DNA of 64,000 bases, from contig MU053652.1 of NCBI GenBank assembly GCA_013239625.1, forward strand, positions 2,234,001-2,298,000, read 5' to 3'. A model generated the notes under the pieces. The model saw only the letters and a program-made list of their open reading frames with translations. It was not told the origin of the DNA and ran no database searches. Shown here piece after piece: positions 37,710-50,160 of this stretch; the first letter of the stretch is position 1, and the number at the start of each line of letters is the position of its first letter. Made by a program: the position numbers and the translations under genes. This DNA is from Lama guanicoe (lineage: Eukaryota).

Positions 37710-38450
37710 GTGCTAAATCCTTTAATTATTGAGTGCTAATTCCGTACTGAAATCTAAATTACACCGGCAGCATAACCCAGGGTCCCCGTCCTCAGGGATC
37801 TCATGGTCAAACTGTAGAGATAGAAAACAAATGCCATGACACTGAGGGAGCTATATCCTAAAGATACTGTGGATCTGTTAAAGTTCACGATCAAATGATC
37901 AGATTGGGCTGACAAAGACCGTAAACGGGGTACACTGAGGAGGAGAGGAGGTGGCAGTGAGGCTTGAAGAGGATAGTGAATTTAATGCTATAGCAAGAGT
38001 CCAAGTGGAAAGGTCCAATCCTTGAACTCTTCCAAGAGCAGTAGAGAGGATGGAAAAGGAGGCTTTGAGAGAAACCGACATGATTTCATAACTGAATGGA
38101 ATAGAGGACAATATAAGGCAACAACCACATTTCTGGCTTAGTTTGTCACAAGCCAAGGCAAAGACTGCAGGAAGGGGAACCGAGTCAAGAAAAGATGGTT
38201 CATCTGGTTTTAGTCATTTAGAGTCTAAGGTGCCTATAGGACATACAGGGGGAAACACACAACAGGCGATTAGCACTATGGGTCTGGAACTAAAGAAAAA
38301 ATGAGATAAATAATATGGTTGTAAAAGACGTGGGAGAGGATAAGCTCACTGAAGAGACTGGTCTGAATGAGAATGAAGGAAAGCTGAGAAAAGAGCCTAC
38401 ATTTAAAAGGGGGAGGAAGGAAGAGGAAGAGGCCCCAATAAGGGAGACTT
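37710..38450 (-). mobile_element. L2 fragment
   Basis: Purine-rich antisense L2 motifs: 'gatcagattgggct', 'tggttttagtcatttagagtctaaggtgcctataggacat', 'cctacatttaaaagggggagg'. Confidence 0.65.
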
Positions 38451-38611
38451 TGAATTTGAATGGCCAGAGGTTTACCCAAAGTACGCTAATACTTAATCAA
38501 GGTGATCAGATAATGTGTCGGGCAACAGGACCCTTGGGGTCCAGCCTTTCAGGGGAACAGTAAACGAGACCTTCCTTTATGCTCCTATAAAGGTAGAAGA
38601 TGCACTAGTTC

Positions 38612-39261
38612 TGTTAGAGCAGGCAGATAGCTAGATATGAGCAGAGAAAGGGGGACACAGGCCAAATGGCAGGCAATAGGCAGAAAGGAGGGACACAAGA
38701 TAAATGCAGGAAAACGTACATCATGTTAGCACCAGGGGTCCCTGGGCAGAGAAAGAAAAGCAGGAAACTTTGGGCTGATAAGGGGCCACACCTTTTGGCC
38801 TCGAGACCAACAAAGAAAGGTCAGAAAAGGAAGGAATTTCCAGTGTCCGAATGTAACCTTTTGCTCATTATGCCCTCATTTCAATAAAATTAGCCTTGCA
38901 GGTCAGGAGAACCCATCATGCACAGACGCCATAACACTTCTGATCCAGATTAAATAAGGACAAAAGTCCCTCCTCCCTTTGGGAAGTCTATGGAGTTGGG
39001 ATGATAATCAGGGAATACAACTGCAAGCCCTTCCCTCCCCAATGAATATTCCACCCATTCATTTTTACACCCTATGTAACTAACTTGCCAAGAAACTCTG
39101 GGGCAGCTGCTCACTTGAGCCTGCCCACTCTCCCCTGGAGAGTGTACTATTCATCCTTTAATAAATCCTCACTTTACTTTTTTTAACCTCTACGTCTTGT
39201 CTCTGAATTCTTTCTGGAACGGGACAAGAACATGGAACACCGGTTGGATCCACTGGCAATA
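38612..39261 (+). mobile_element. ERV1 solo LTR (MER39-like), relatively intact
   Basis: Starts 'tgttagagcaggcagatagctagatatgagcag'. AATAAA at about 39160, then U5 'tctctgaattctttct...gacaagaac'. 4-bp TSD gttc / gttt. Confidence 0.85.
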
Positions 39262-40174
39262 GTTTCAATTCTTCAGCTCCCAGAGAATTTGTGAACATGA
39301 ATCAAGTCTCACGAATCTTTTTGGAGAAGGGCTGACATGGGATGGATGTGAGTGATCCCAGGAGACGGAAGCCCAGAGGACCCCGACTGTCTGCATTTCA
39401 GTACAAGACCCGAGAGACTCTTAAGCACAGAAATGTTTCCCCTTCGATTCAAGATCAATACTCAGTTTTCCCTCATGGGTCAAATATCTGTGTATTTTTA
39501 TTAAAAAGGAAGAAAACTCAGCCCTGAGAATTGCGATTCACCTAAGCGTGAGCCCTGAAGCTGAAGAACCATGACTAGGAAATTACCACCTCACACAGCT
39601 TTCGGCTTGATTATCAGGGCCTCACAGAGTCAGTGTTCCTGAGATAAGTGACGACACTGATGACCTATAAAGTGTTATATGAACTAAAGCGTGTCCCACA
39701 ATCTGTTATATTATCTCCTGAACCAGAGAACAACCTGGTTAAAGTTTTTAGGAAGGGGCAAGCAGGCTATTTTTCAAATGAATGACAGGGCTCTTCTTCT
39801 GAACGACTCAATTAAGAAGGTCAGAGAAATGAATAGGAAAAGCAATGAACGTGAAACCCTCCTTGGTCCTGATCCAGGTCCTTGAAGGTCCTGAGAAATC
39901 CCCACCATGTACATATCACCACGACTGATCTGTTAGAAACACCAGAAGCTGAAATGAGGCAGAATAGATGGGCTTTCAAAAAGAAAAATAGTAATAATAA
40001 TAACAATCTCATACTTTATAAATTCCGAGTTACACTTTCAAGGAATAATGTGTAGAGATGATTATTTCACTGAAAATATGCACATGGCATAAAGCTGGCC
40101 TGACTGGCATTGACATGGATATGATGCAGGCTTACATACTTATTTGCAAAACACAATGTAATAGAAATGGACAT

Positions 40175-40365
40175 CACACTTTGCATTTATATAGCAACTA
40201 TTTCTCTAAGGACCTCAAAGGATTCTGCAGCCATTACTGGATTCATAGCCTGTTACACGTTTGTAAAATGAAGGAGAGGCAAGGATTACTCATCCAATTT
40301 TATTAAAGAAGAAGCAGACACCCCAAGAGGATACATGGGTTGGCCAAGGGCATATTGTGAGTCAT
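40175..40365 (-). mobile_element. Ancient CORE-SINE (MIR1_Amn/MIR3-like) with L2-type tail
   Basis: 'ttgcatttatatagc...aggacctcaaag' is the antisense amniote SINE tail, followed by a decayed MIR core 'atccaattttatta...ttggccaaggg'. Confidence 0.55.
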
Positions 40366-40674
40366 TTACTTGCTCAAAACCATGTAGGGACTGAAATTAG
40401 TCCCAAATTGTCCTTGTACTTGCTGATTTTCACCTATAGACTTCTGGAAAGGAAATGATTCTGTTTCTCACCTTTGTGTTTGTGATTCAGACCATCAAAT
40501 GGACAGGGTATGAACTGGGGAAGGGAAGCGGTTAGCAAGTGCTTGGCATTTCACTTTTCCTTCAGTGAGCTGCTGCTGGCCATGTTCTGGTGGACAGACC
40601 GAGGGTTCTTGACAACAAAGAGGGAAAAGTCTTCCTACCATCATTACACTGGAACCAAAAGACATGGCTCCATA

Positions 40675-40900
40675 ACAGCTGACATTTACTGACTTCCCAC
40701 AATGCACGTTTTTAGCATTCACTCCAATACATTGTGTCATTTATCTTACAACAACTGTGGGACCTAGGTATTATTTCCTTGTAAAGGTAAGAAACAGGCT
40801 CAGAGTAGATGACCTGTCCATAGTCACATAACTAACAAGTTTAGGCTCAGGATTTGAGCACATTTCTACTAATTGAATAGCTGTGCACCTCCACCATGTT
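40675..40900 (-). mobile_element. MIR SINE
   Basis: 'gacatttactga...tcttacaacaactgtg...gaaacaggctcagag...gtcacataactaacaag'. Confidence 0.8.
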
Positions 40901-41514
40901 TTATCGACACGACTTCACTACTGCACACAGGGGTGGGTCCTAGAGTCATAGCCTAAAGACTTTGAGAAAACTAGAGCCAGTTTGGGGTTCCACCCCCTCC
41001 CACCAGTATTCCAAAAGATGGCCCAGGGTGAGAGCTGATGTCACTCCACTCTCCCTGGACAGATCCATTGGATATGGCCCAGTGCTGTGGGTCACTCTGA
41101 GCTCCAGGAGAGTTTGGACCTTCCTGGTCCCAGATTCACATCTGTATCTGACCCAGAGCTGAGCTAATGGTGGAGCCAGATGAGCTCCACGAGCAAGGGA
41201 AGGACAGGAAGATGATAACCTGGAGGCTGCCCCAGTGCACCCTTTTTCCCACCCATGCTGAGCATTGCTAGTTGGCATCTGAGTTCCAACCACCCCTGGG
41301 CAGCATGAGCAGGATCAGTCCTCTGGGAGCCTCACAATCTTCATAGAGAGAAAAAATGAGCACAGACTTGTCCCCAGTTACCAAGGAAATCAGGCAGTCG
41401 AAAGGCAGCAGGGGCCATTTCCCCTGATGTTTTCTCTAATGTAGACTTTGGTCACCAGAACATGATATTACAAGTGGTAGAGAAAGCCAGCCTCTGAAAA
41501 TGGAGCTTGGAAGG

Positions 41515-41730
41515 AAGAGGACCAATGTCTTTAGTGGAACCTTACTCTGCTTTAAGTACTTCATATGCAACATCTCATTTATCTCCACAACTCAGAGGTG
41601 TAGGCATTATTATTCCCATTCTCCAGATAAGGAAAGAGAAGCTCAGAGTTTAAATAGCAGAGCTAATATATATCAAAGCCAGGATTCAAACATGGATCTG
41701 TGGGGCTCATGCCCTTTCCAGGACACCACA
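41515..41730 (-). mobile_element. MIR SINE
   Basis: 'tattattcccattctccagataaggaaagagaagctcagag...gccaggattcaaac'. Confidence 0.8.
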
Positions 41731-41965
41731 CCAAACTTTGAAGAGTTAGATGGTCTGCCCTTCTCCTAACGACATCATCCCAGTGGTGGCAGGGAAGGTT
41801 CTAGCTCATCACTGGAGCAAAGATGGGAGTCACAAATGCACACAAGGCCAAGTGGGGGTGAAATGCCCTCTTTGCAAGGCACTACCGACACCAGGTCTGT
41901 GAGTGAGGTGCAGCCTCAACAGACCCATACGCTCAGGTTCATCTTCCTTTGGCAACTGACGGCAC

Positions 41966-42316
41966 AGAGCAGGGCCGTCCACAAATGCAAGTCACATATA
42001 TAATGTCAAATATAAAGTGAGCTACAGCTGCAAGCCATATAGGCTACCTTAAAATCCTGGCAGTTAACAAACATGAGTAAAAACAGAGATGAAAGTAATC
42101 GTGATGATATATTGTATTTAAAACAATACATCCAATAAATTATCATTTCAACTTGTAATCAACACGAAAATAATAATGAGAAATATTCTTTTTTTTTTTG
42201 GACTAGGTCTTTGAAACCCAGAGTGTGTTTTACACTTACATCTCCATTTGGACAAGTCACATTTCAGGTGCTCGACAGCCACACGTGGTTGGTGGCTACT
42301 ATACTGGACAGTTCAG
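41966..42316. mobile_element. MER33/MER3-family hAT-Charlie element
   Basis: 'ttatcatttcaacttgtaatcaa...gtgtgttttacacttaca...cacatttcaggtgctcgacagccacacgtggttggtggctactatactggacag'. Confidence 0.85.
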
Positions 42317-42397
42317 ATCCAGAAGAAGAACTCACGGATGGACACTTGGGACCCTTGGACTGTGGGTCCTGATTCTGATCAACTAGCAGAGCCCCTC

Positions 42398-42720
42398 AGT
42401 GCAGTGGTTGAGAAGCTGGACCCTGGGCCAAATTTGCCTGGCTCTGAATGCCAGTTCTGCCACATGCCAGTTGTATGTCCTCCGGCAAGTTACTTAGCCC
42501 TGTTGCCTCAGTTTCCCCTTCGGTAACAAGGAGACGATAACAATGCCTAACTCACAGAGCTTTGTGAGAATGGAATGAGGAAGTCCTTACAAGGGTAACA
42601 GGCATAGAAAACAATATAAAGGCATTGATTATCAGTATTATTATTATTCCTACTGGGACTCAAGTTTCCCTATCTGTAAAAAAAGGATGTCGAAAACATG
42701 ATTATTGAGATCTCTTCTTG
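42398..42720 (+). mobile_element. MIR SINE plus a second MIR fragment
   Basis: 'gcaagttacttagccc...gcctcagtttcccc...cctaactcacagagctttgtgag' and 'caagtttccctatctgtaaaa'. Confidence 0.8.
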
Positions 42721-42985
42721 CTCTTCTGTTTCATGGAAAACTGGGGCAGGAATCCAATACCATGCCTTATTTCCGAGCATTAGTCCTGAAGCATGCACTG
42801 GGCAGGGCCTCAGGTCCAGACTGTTTCTACAGGGGAGGCTTGCAAGATGCTCTTATGGCTGGCGGGGTTGGGGTGAGGTGGGTAGAAGAATTTGCCACCT
42901 CATCTGTCATTGGTGTTAGAAACTCGCTCCCTCCATCCTGGGCACATGCTGACTTGCTCCCTGGACATACTCCACACTCTCACAG

Positions 42986-44980
42986 GTGTCCTCCACAGAC
43001 ACTTACAAAGGCCCCAGTTATAATCCCTCAGCTAGCTGAACCTCTGAGCTAGAAGAAATCCAAGCAGGGCTTGAAGTTTGGAGCAAAACTCATCCTTTTC
43101 CAAGTGCCTCCAGCATCTAATAGAAAAGAACCCCCCAGGGGATGGTGACCCTGCGGCTTTGCACACCAGCTGTCCTTGGGGCTGAGAGAGAACTGGGAAG
43201 CTGGGTGGTCAAAAGGCCAAACGCTTGAAAAGCTGTGAATGAAGATGCCAAAATCGTAGCAGTAGCTGTCCCAGGGGCCACAGCTCAGGGAATCCTAGCT
43301 GTCTGGCTTCTTTCCCCTGGAGACCAAACTGACGAGTTGTAGAAACTCAAGGTAGAAACAGCCCAGTAGGTCAGGCACCTCATCTCCACACTCATCTCCA
43401 GGGATGGCGCCAGTCCCTCCTGGAGTGACTCAAAAGCTGGCATCTGTGCCAGTTCTCTTGGGGGACGGGAATCTGCAGTCTAAATGTCTCAGCACCAGAA
43501 CTTCTTCCTCCCCAGGACACCAGACAGAAGGATGACAGGGCTGCTCATCTCAGAAAAAGAAACGCAACCATCAAACCTCAGCCCCTCCTGCTGAGCAGTG
43601 GTTTCCGGCCAGCTGTTCACGTAGATCTGCTGAGAGCCGCGTTCTCCCACATTGTCGAGCCCGCCCCAAGAGCCCACCCCAGAAAGAGAGATGCCAAAGA
43701 AGGGGAAATCACAGGCCCACCTGTGGGAAAGGCCTCAGCGCAATCACTGGGCAGCGTAGAAAACAAAACACCATCCTCAGTCCCAGAGGAGGCAGGAACA
43801 GAACTCAGAGACCCTCAAATTCAGACACCTTTGGCTACAGGGAGCACAAGGTCCTGAGTTCCCTTTTTTCTCTAGGATGACCTGGAGGGATGTTCTTGTA
43901 CCTCCCAGACACATACAGACTAGGTACGAAATATTTCAGTATTCTGGGCTGGCTGAGTGCTCTCAGTGCCCATTGTTAAGGAGCACATTCTCCCTTTGGG
44001 ACCTGCTGAGAGCTCCTTAGCGGCTGAGCTGCACCCATCAAGACACCAGAACCCCACATCTGAATCAAAGGAGCTGGTTCTGGGCTAACCGAGCGGCACT
44101 GCCACCAGGCCTGCAACATCAGCACCATCATGTCACACTCATCGACTTCGCCCCACCCACACCCCCTGTAGCACCTCCCAGAGGAGCCAGACGGACAGGG
44201 CTTCCTAACTGCAGGGGTCAAACGAGGTTACCCCTACCCAGGCAGGTCCCAAAGGGAGCTTCCCATCTGCCCCAGGGAAGGAAATGAAGGTCCTACAGGA
44301 CCTGGACCAGGGAGAGCTGAAGCGTGGAGACAGAGGGCAGAATTTTTCCACCCAGCAAGAAGAGGAAGAGTTTGTCGCTCTGAGGCGACCTGTGGATCCC
44401 AGCATCAGTGCCTCTCCAGGCCTGTTCCTTCTGCTCATTAGGTAAATGTGCCAACACAAGAAAAGAAATCAAGGCCTGCTTAGCGTTCCCCACTGGCCCT
44501 GTCAATCGTTTGGAGGAAGACAATTCCTGCCACATAGTCAGGAAACGGGCCCCAGCGGGCCAAGAACAGCTCCGTCCCATAAATGCATTTACACAGCACA
44601 GCGCTTGTTCTTCACGTTTCGCCAGGAGACCCCCTCTCCCGAGTGCCCCGGGGAAGTTTTATCACCTGGGAAGGCTCTCAGCTGCTGCTCTCACCAAGTC
44701 CCTCCTTGATCATCAGAACAGACAGACTGTCTGGCTGTGCGGAGATGCCGCCTTCCCCAGCGAGCCGTCTCCGTGGCTGACAGAAGGTTCTCCAGCCGGC
44801 AAGAGGCAGGCTGGGCCAGGCGGCCCCTGCAGAACATCCTCTGAATACTCACTGCACTCCCTGGCTGGGGCTGTTTCCTCGAGCTGCCTGAGATGCTCTC
44901 CTCAAGATGGAGAAGATGAAAGCTCAGATTACAGCATCTTTGACAAAAGCACCACCTGGAAATGTGGGGACTGCGGAGAG
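42986..44980 (+). pseudogene. Possible decayed large coding exon of an unidentified gene (speculative)
   Basis: About 2 kb that is repeat-free and GC/CpG-elevated. Stop-free plus-strand stretches at 43429-43858 (about 143 codons) and 44384-45136 (includes the 242-aa ORF). Acceptor-like site at 42985, weak in-phase donor at 44981. No protein homology recognised. Confidence 0.25.
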
Positions 44981-45049
44981 GTACTGGGGGCAAACAGGTC
45001 AAGCTCAGACAGGCAAGACTGCACAAAAAGGACTAGATATGTTCCAAAG

Positions 45050-45470
45050 AGTTTCAGAGCTGAAAAGGGAGTTCAGAGACCATCCAGTTCTACCATCCAT
45101 TGTACAGATGAGAAAACCGACATCCGGAGGAAATAAGCAAAAGCGTTACATAGTTAGAAACAAGGGCTTTGGAGTCGGTCTGAAGTTGGTTGTAACCTCA
45201 GCTCTACAACTTGCTTGCTCTATAATCTTTGACCTTCTCTCCATGAGTCTCCCTTCCCTCATCTTTAAAGTGCATATCCTAAAGCCTACCTCATATAATG
45301 GTTTGTGAGGCTCACATGGGATAACGAAATAAATAAAGCATTTAGCACAGTAATTGCATAATTAATGGCAAACTATTATCACTATTACTAAGTAATTTGG
45401 CCAAAATCATCCAGAGAATTCGTATCAGACATAGAACTCAAATTCAGTTCTTTTAATTTCTGTATCAGTG
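45050..45470. mobile_element. Nested MIR fragments
   Basis: Antisense core 'cattgtacagatgagaaaaccga' interrupted by a sense MIR 'ccctcatctttaaagtg...cctacctcat...ttgtgagg...gcatttagcacag'. Confidence 0.7.
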
Positions 45471-45514
45471 TTCATCTTCAGATGTCAAAAGAACCTTCAA
45501 AGCTGAGATGCTTT

Positions 45515-45940
45515 GTGTGTCAGGACTTCCACTTGCTGGTTAATAACAATGGCTTAAAGAAATCAGGGGTGTATTCTCTCACTAAGTAAGACCAAATCTG
45601 AGAAGCACATCACTGGTAAAAGAGCCTCTTGAACATGGACTCCTATTTTGCCACCATTCTGAACTCTTGACCTTCATCCTCATGGTCATAAGATAGCTGC
45701 TGGACTCCAACCATCAGGAGAAAATGGAGTAGGAAGGGGCAACAAGAAACTCCTTCCAATAGGGTCAGCCCCCTTTCAAAAGACTTCCTGGAGGCCCCAT
45801 TCTGTGAGTTTTGCTTATTATTAAACACCCCTGGCTGCAAAGGAAGTTGGACAACACCTGATAAAGCCAAGGTTTTGTTTACAAAGAAAGGGAGAGTGGA
45901 TATTGCAAAGGTAATGAACAGTCTCAGCCTTTCAGCCACA
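45515..45940 (-). mobile_element. MaLR LTR (old MLT1)
   Basis: 'acaatggcttaaagaaa...catcctcatggtcataagatagctgct...ccctggctgcaaaggaagttgga...ggatattg...gccaca'. Confidence 0.75.
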
Positions 45941-46269
45941 CTCTTTGAGATAAGGGATTAAGTCACCTCTCACATCTGATTGCTATCCAGGAGATCTGAG
46001 AGAGAGGTTCTCCATTTGTGCATGCAGCTGCTTTAAGGTCCCAGCCTGATCCAGAAAGGGTGTCTAATACCCTACAGCGCCTGGACCATGCCTTACTACT
46101 AAAAGCTGACAAAGACTTCGTAGAAGGAAAGAATGAACGAAGGAGGGGCTGCTCTGGGTGGTCCCTGCATTGCTCACAGCTTCCCTTGGTGCCTGTGGGT
46201 ATAGAGGTTACATCCCTTTTCCTCTCTGATTACAGCAGATTTGAGCAACACTGAGATGACACCTTGCAA

Positions 46270-46882
46270 ATCAATGTGCAAGTCAAATTGTGTCTCCTGC
46301 TCCAAATCCTCCAAAGGGGCCCCATTTCTTTCATAGTAAAGTCAGAGTCCTTCATGCTAAACTGCCAGGACCTAGACAATCTTTAGCTTCATTTTCCTTC
46401 ACCCTTTCCCCTTCACTCAACTCTACCCCTACCACAATAGCCTCCATGCTGCTCCTCAAAACATGCCAGGTGCATTTCAAACATGCCAGAGCCTTTGCAC
46501 TTACTGTTCACTCACCCAGAATGCTTTTTCCTCAGGTATTTAATTGGCTCCTCCCTCACCTCCTGCAAGGCTTTGTTTAAATATCACTTTCTCAATGAGC
46601 CCTACACTGGTCACTCTATTTAAAATTGCAACCACCTTTGCACTCTCAACTGTCACCCTCTTCAATCACCCCCATAGTACTCATCACCTTCTAACTCACC
46701 ATGCACTTCATTTATTTATTACGTCTGTCATATTGCCACACTATTCATTTCTTGTGTTCATTTATTTATGTATGGTGAGGGCAGGGATTTGGGTCTGTTT
46801 TGTTCACAGCTGCACCCTTAGCACCTAGAACAGAGCCTGACACACACAGAAAATGCTTCATAAATATTTGTTGAATAAATGT
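46270..46882 (+). mobile_element. L2a 3' end
   Basis: 'gcctttgcacttactgttc...aaatatcactttctcaatgag...gagggcagggatttgggtctgttttgttcac...cctagaacagagcctgacac...aaatatttgttgaataaat'. Confidence 0.9.
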
Positions 46883-49849
46883 GCATGTTAATGTAGCTCT
46901 GACTTGGGGCAAATTAGAATTGCCAATTAAGAAAGGCCGTTGACAGAAAAGGAATAGTATGAAAGTCTAAAGACAAGCAATAAAGACAGCAGCATCCATA
47001 TAAAGTCAGATCAAGAAAACAAGCATTCTGGGAGAAGACAAAGTTAACGGTCTAGGCCCATGCTGTATCCTTCCCAGCCAGATGGGTAAATTCTCTCCCT
47101 GTCCTATGGGCAAGTGCTATCATCCCCATTGAGTGCACAGGAAAACTCACTCCCAGGAATGGTGAGCCCAGTATCTCTTATGTTCCTACTAAATGACTCA
47201 GAACTTAGCCCTAGTTCAAGGTCCCATAGCCTAAAAGGAGATAACTTGCTTTCCAAACCAGCCACCACCAGGATAATTGACTATATTCTTCTACCTACAA
47301 CTTTCTGTTGACTGTCCCCTTCTCCAGTGTTCTACTGTGTAGTTTTCAAAACACTCTTTCGTCTATGGGGGTTACTTTTCAGAATAAGACCACCATGCTG
47401 CTGAAAGCAGAGGAAAGGACTTAATATGAAAGTGAATGAACAGTCAGGTCCAAGCCATGTTTCCTTCCATTCATATGCCTCAACACCCACATTCCAGGGA
47501 TGCTGAGGTGACAACCGAATCAATTCTCTGTCCCTAAATCTGCTGGAAATGCGTTTTTTCCTCTCTTGCTGAATAATTTGGAAGTGCTTTTAAAAATGCA
47601 ATGCAAGGAGGGCCATCTTGTTTCTTTCTTCTAGCCATGAAAGTACACGCTGCTTCCCAGAGCCTGATTAATGTGAAATATGACCTTTTTCAAAGTTTCC
47701 TGGCAGGTTAATTTATGATACTTTCAGATTCTAATGAATCAAGCAGTGGCTGTTTATGTGTTTGATGAAGTATTCTTTGTCCGGAGTTGATATGTTTTAC
47801 CAGAACTTCTGTGGCTCACTGTCCCTTTCTCTCTCTTGCTCTTCCAAGCTCTTTCACTCTAACTGTGGGCTTGGGTGTTTAATCAATCTTACTTGGAAGA
47901 AAACATGAATATTTTGATGAATTCTCAGTCCCTAAGTTGCCATGCACACTGTATTAGCTTATTACTGTATCTGCAACATAATTCTTCCCTCTCATTTCAC
48001 TCCACCTGTGCTTCTGAGTTCAGGGAGATCTCAGCTCAACTAAAATTACTTTTAATGTTTGGTTTGCTACAAGAGCTGCTTTGAGGCTCGCTGTCTGGAA
48101 CAGGTGGACCTTCTCCTTACATTCCTACTGCCTTTGTCTTTGTTCTTCTCTGTCTCAGGAAGAGAAATCTAGTGAATTAGACTGGAGCCCCAAGAGGTTG
48201 CTTCAGCCCAAGAAGATAACTAAGCTTAATGAGCATGTAGATACATTTCTGGAGGAGAGGCCAACGAATATATACCAGGGATGGAGGGGACTTAGGAGGC
48301 GCTCCCCGCTTAGGAGGTGTGTTGGGGACATCAACTATTACTTATGTGGATTTCTAGGATCTCAAAGATTTTAGCCTTCCTTCTACAGAGCCTAGAACAG
48401 TGCTTGTCACAGAGTAGATACTGGACTTTCAGTGAAAGAAAGAAGGAAGATGAGATAGCAAGGAAGCAAAGAGGCAGGAAGAACATACACTCTAGTACAA
48501 AGACCCTCAAACCCTTTATCAGAGGGGAAGGGACAAGAGCTTTGGCCTATAGGGCAATTTTTAGATTTTTATGAGAGTGGCCCAGAGAGCTGCCAGCACC
48601 TCCTTGACTGTCTGCATCAGAGAAGCTGTACAGATGCTGAGAGCCCCTTTCCCCCAGACCTGCAGCTCCCTCTAAGCTATCAAAGCAGGCACGTGTATTG
48701 GGAGTGGCATTTTTGAACGCATCATGGATGTCTTTACTATAACAATGATGTTGGGAAGAAGCTGGCCACCAGATCAGAGCAAAAGGACCAAGGAGCTGCA
48801 TCAAAGGTCCAGATGAAGCAAGAGGACATGGATTGTGTGGTTTCTCCAGAAATATTCTGTTGCCTGGGGAAAGAGCAAGAGAAAGGGGATGGTTGAGTTT
48901 GTCCAAGATCAAGAGTCAGCCAAGTAAGTGCAGCATGGGCTCAAGAGGACAAGGAATGGGTGGAGCCAGACTGAACATGGGGTCCAAGCTGCACAGAGCG
49001 GGCAGAAACCAGGAGCTCAAGATCTCTGATAGTTGGTCCACGAGTTTTAAACATGGGAGCGTATAACTCATTGATGGGGTACTTTATTTTCTAACCATTT
49101 TGGTGTCAAGTACATACATCCTGACTTTCTCTCCTCCCAGGGAGAAAATGGAATAGAGCCGGCCGGAGCTTCCATTCATACTACGCACCTTTGGAGGCTG
49201 CTTTGCAGTGTGACAGTTACATTCCAGGACCCCAGAGCTGATGAGCCTCATTCGTAAGAAAAAGAGACAGATGTCACTGCTATGGTAGGATCTGAAGGGC
49301 ATGGAGAAAGCTGCATAGCCTCCCTATCCCATGCCTTCTGTCAGCCTGCCATAGTGCCTGAAATTTCCCTGTTATTCATTGCTTAGGTTTACTGTACAGA
49401 AATACTAATGAAGAGCAAATGTTATCTGAAGGGAGTCATGCAGCTGAGATGGTACAAAACACTCGAGAATCAGACCAAGCTGCGGTTTAGGTCTCAGCTC
49501 TCTCTCTCTATAGCAGTGTGATACCTGGCAAATTGAGGAGCATCCCAAAGACCTGTGTGCTTATTTATAAAAATGTGAATCCTATCAACCTTGTAGGGCT
49601 GTTATAAGGATGGATTAACTGATATGTAGACAGCAAGTAGCATGGAGATTGACACATAGTGGGGACCCAAAAAATGTCCACTCTTTTCATCTTTATCGCT
49701 GGGGAAGGTATGGTGGGAAAAGCACTGGGCAAGAGACAAGACCACAGGTTCTAGTCTCTGCCCTTCCATTAATGAGCTATGTGACATTTTTAGGCTCATT
49801 TTACTTCTTGGCTCACTGGGCTTCAGTTTCCAGAGAAACTTGAACTGGA

Positions 49850-50160
49850 TTCATTCATTCAGCGAAGGTTACTGAGCTCCTAGTATGTGCCAGTTACTGT
49901 CCATCTGCTTGAATAATCAATTAATCACTAAATATATGCTGACACAGTGGTAAGTAATAAGCGGATCATTAAAATGTAGCCTTAAGATGGAGAGGTACTG
50001 AGTACTTTAGATTGAGTACTCAGGGAAGACTCACAGGAGGCGGCGATTTCCATATCGAGGCCTGCAACCACAGGAAGGAGCCAGCCAGAAGAAGACCAAG
50101 GCGAGATGCCATACAGGCAGAAGAAACAGAAGATGTAAAGGCTCCCCCAAAGAAGCAAGC
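49850..50160 (-). mobile_element. L2 3' fragment
   Basis: 'ttcattcattcagcgaa...tactgagctcctagtatgtgccag...cagggaagactcacaggagg'. Confidence 0.6.

Noticed and set aside
43875..43923. 49-nt mini-exon (ttttttctctAG ... AG|GTACGA)
   Set aside because: The donor is weak and the segment lies within the larger 43-45 kb block. There is no independent support.
44408..45136. 242-aa ORF as an intact protein-coding gene
   Set aside because: GTG start, no recognisable domain, and a C-terminus (HCTDEKTD) derived from a MIR. Kept only as a possible pseudo-exon.
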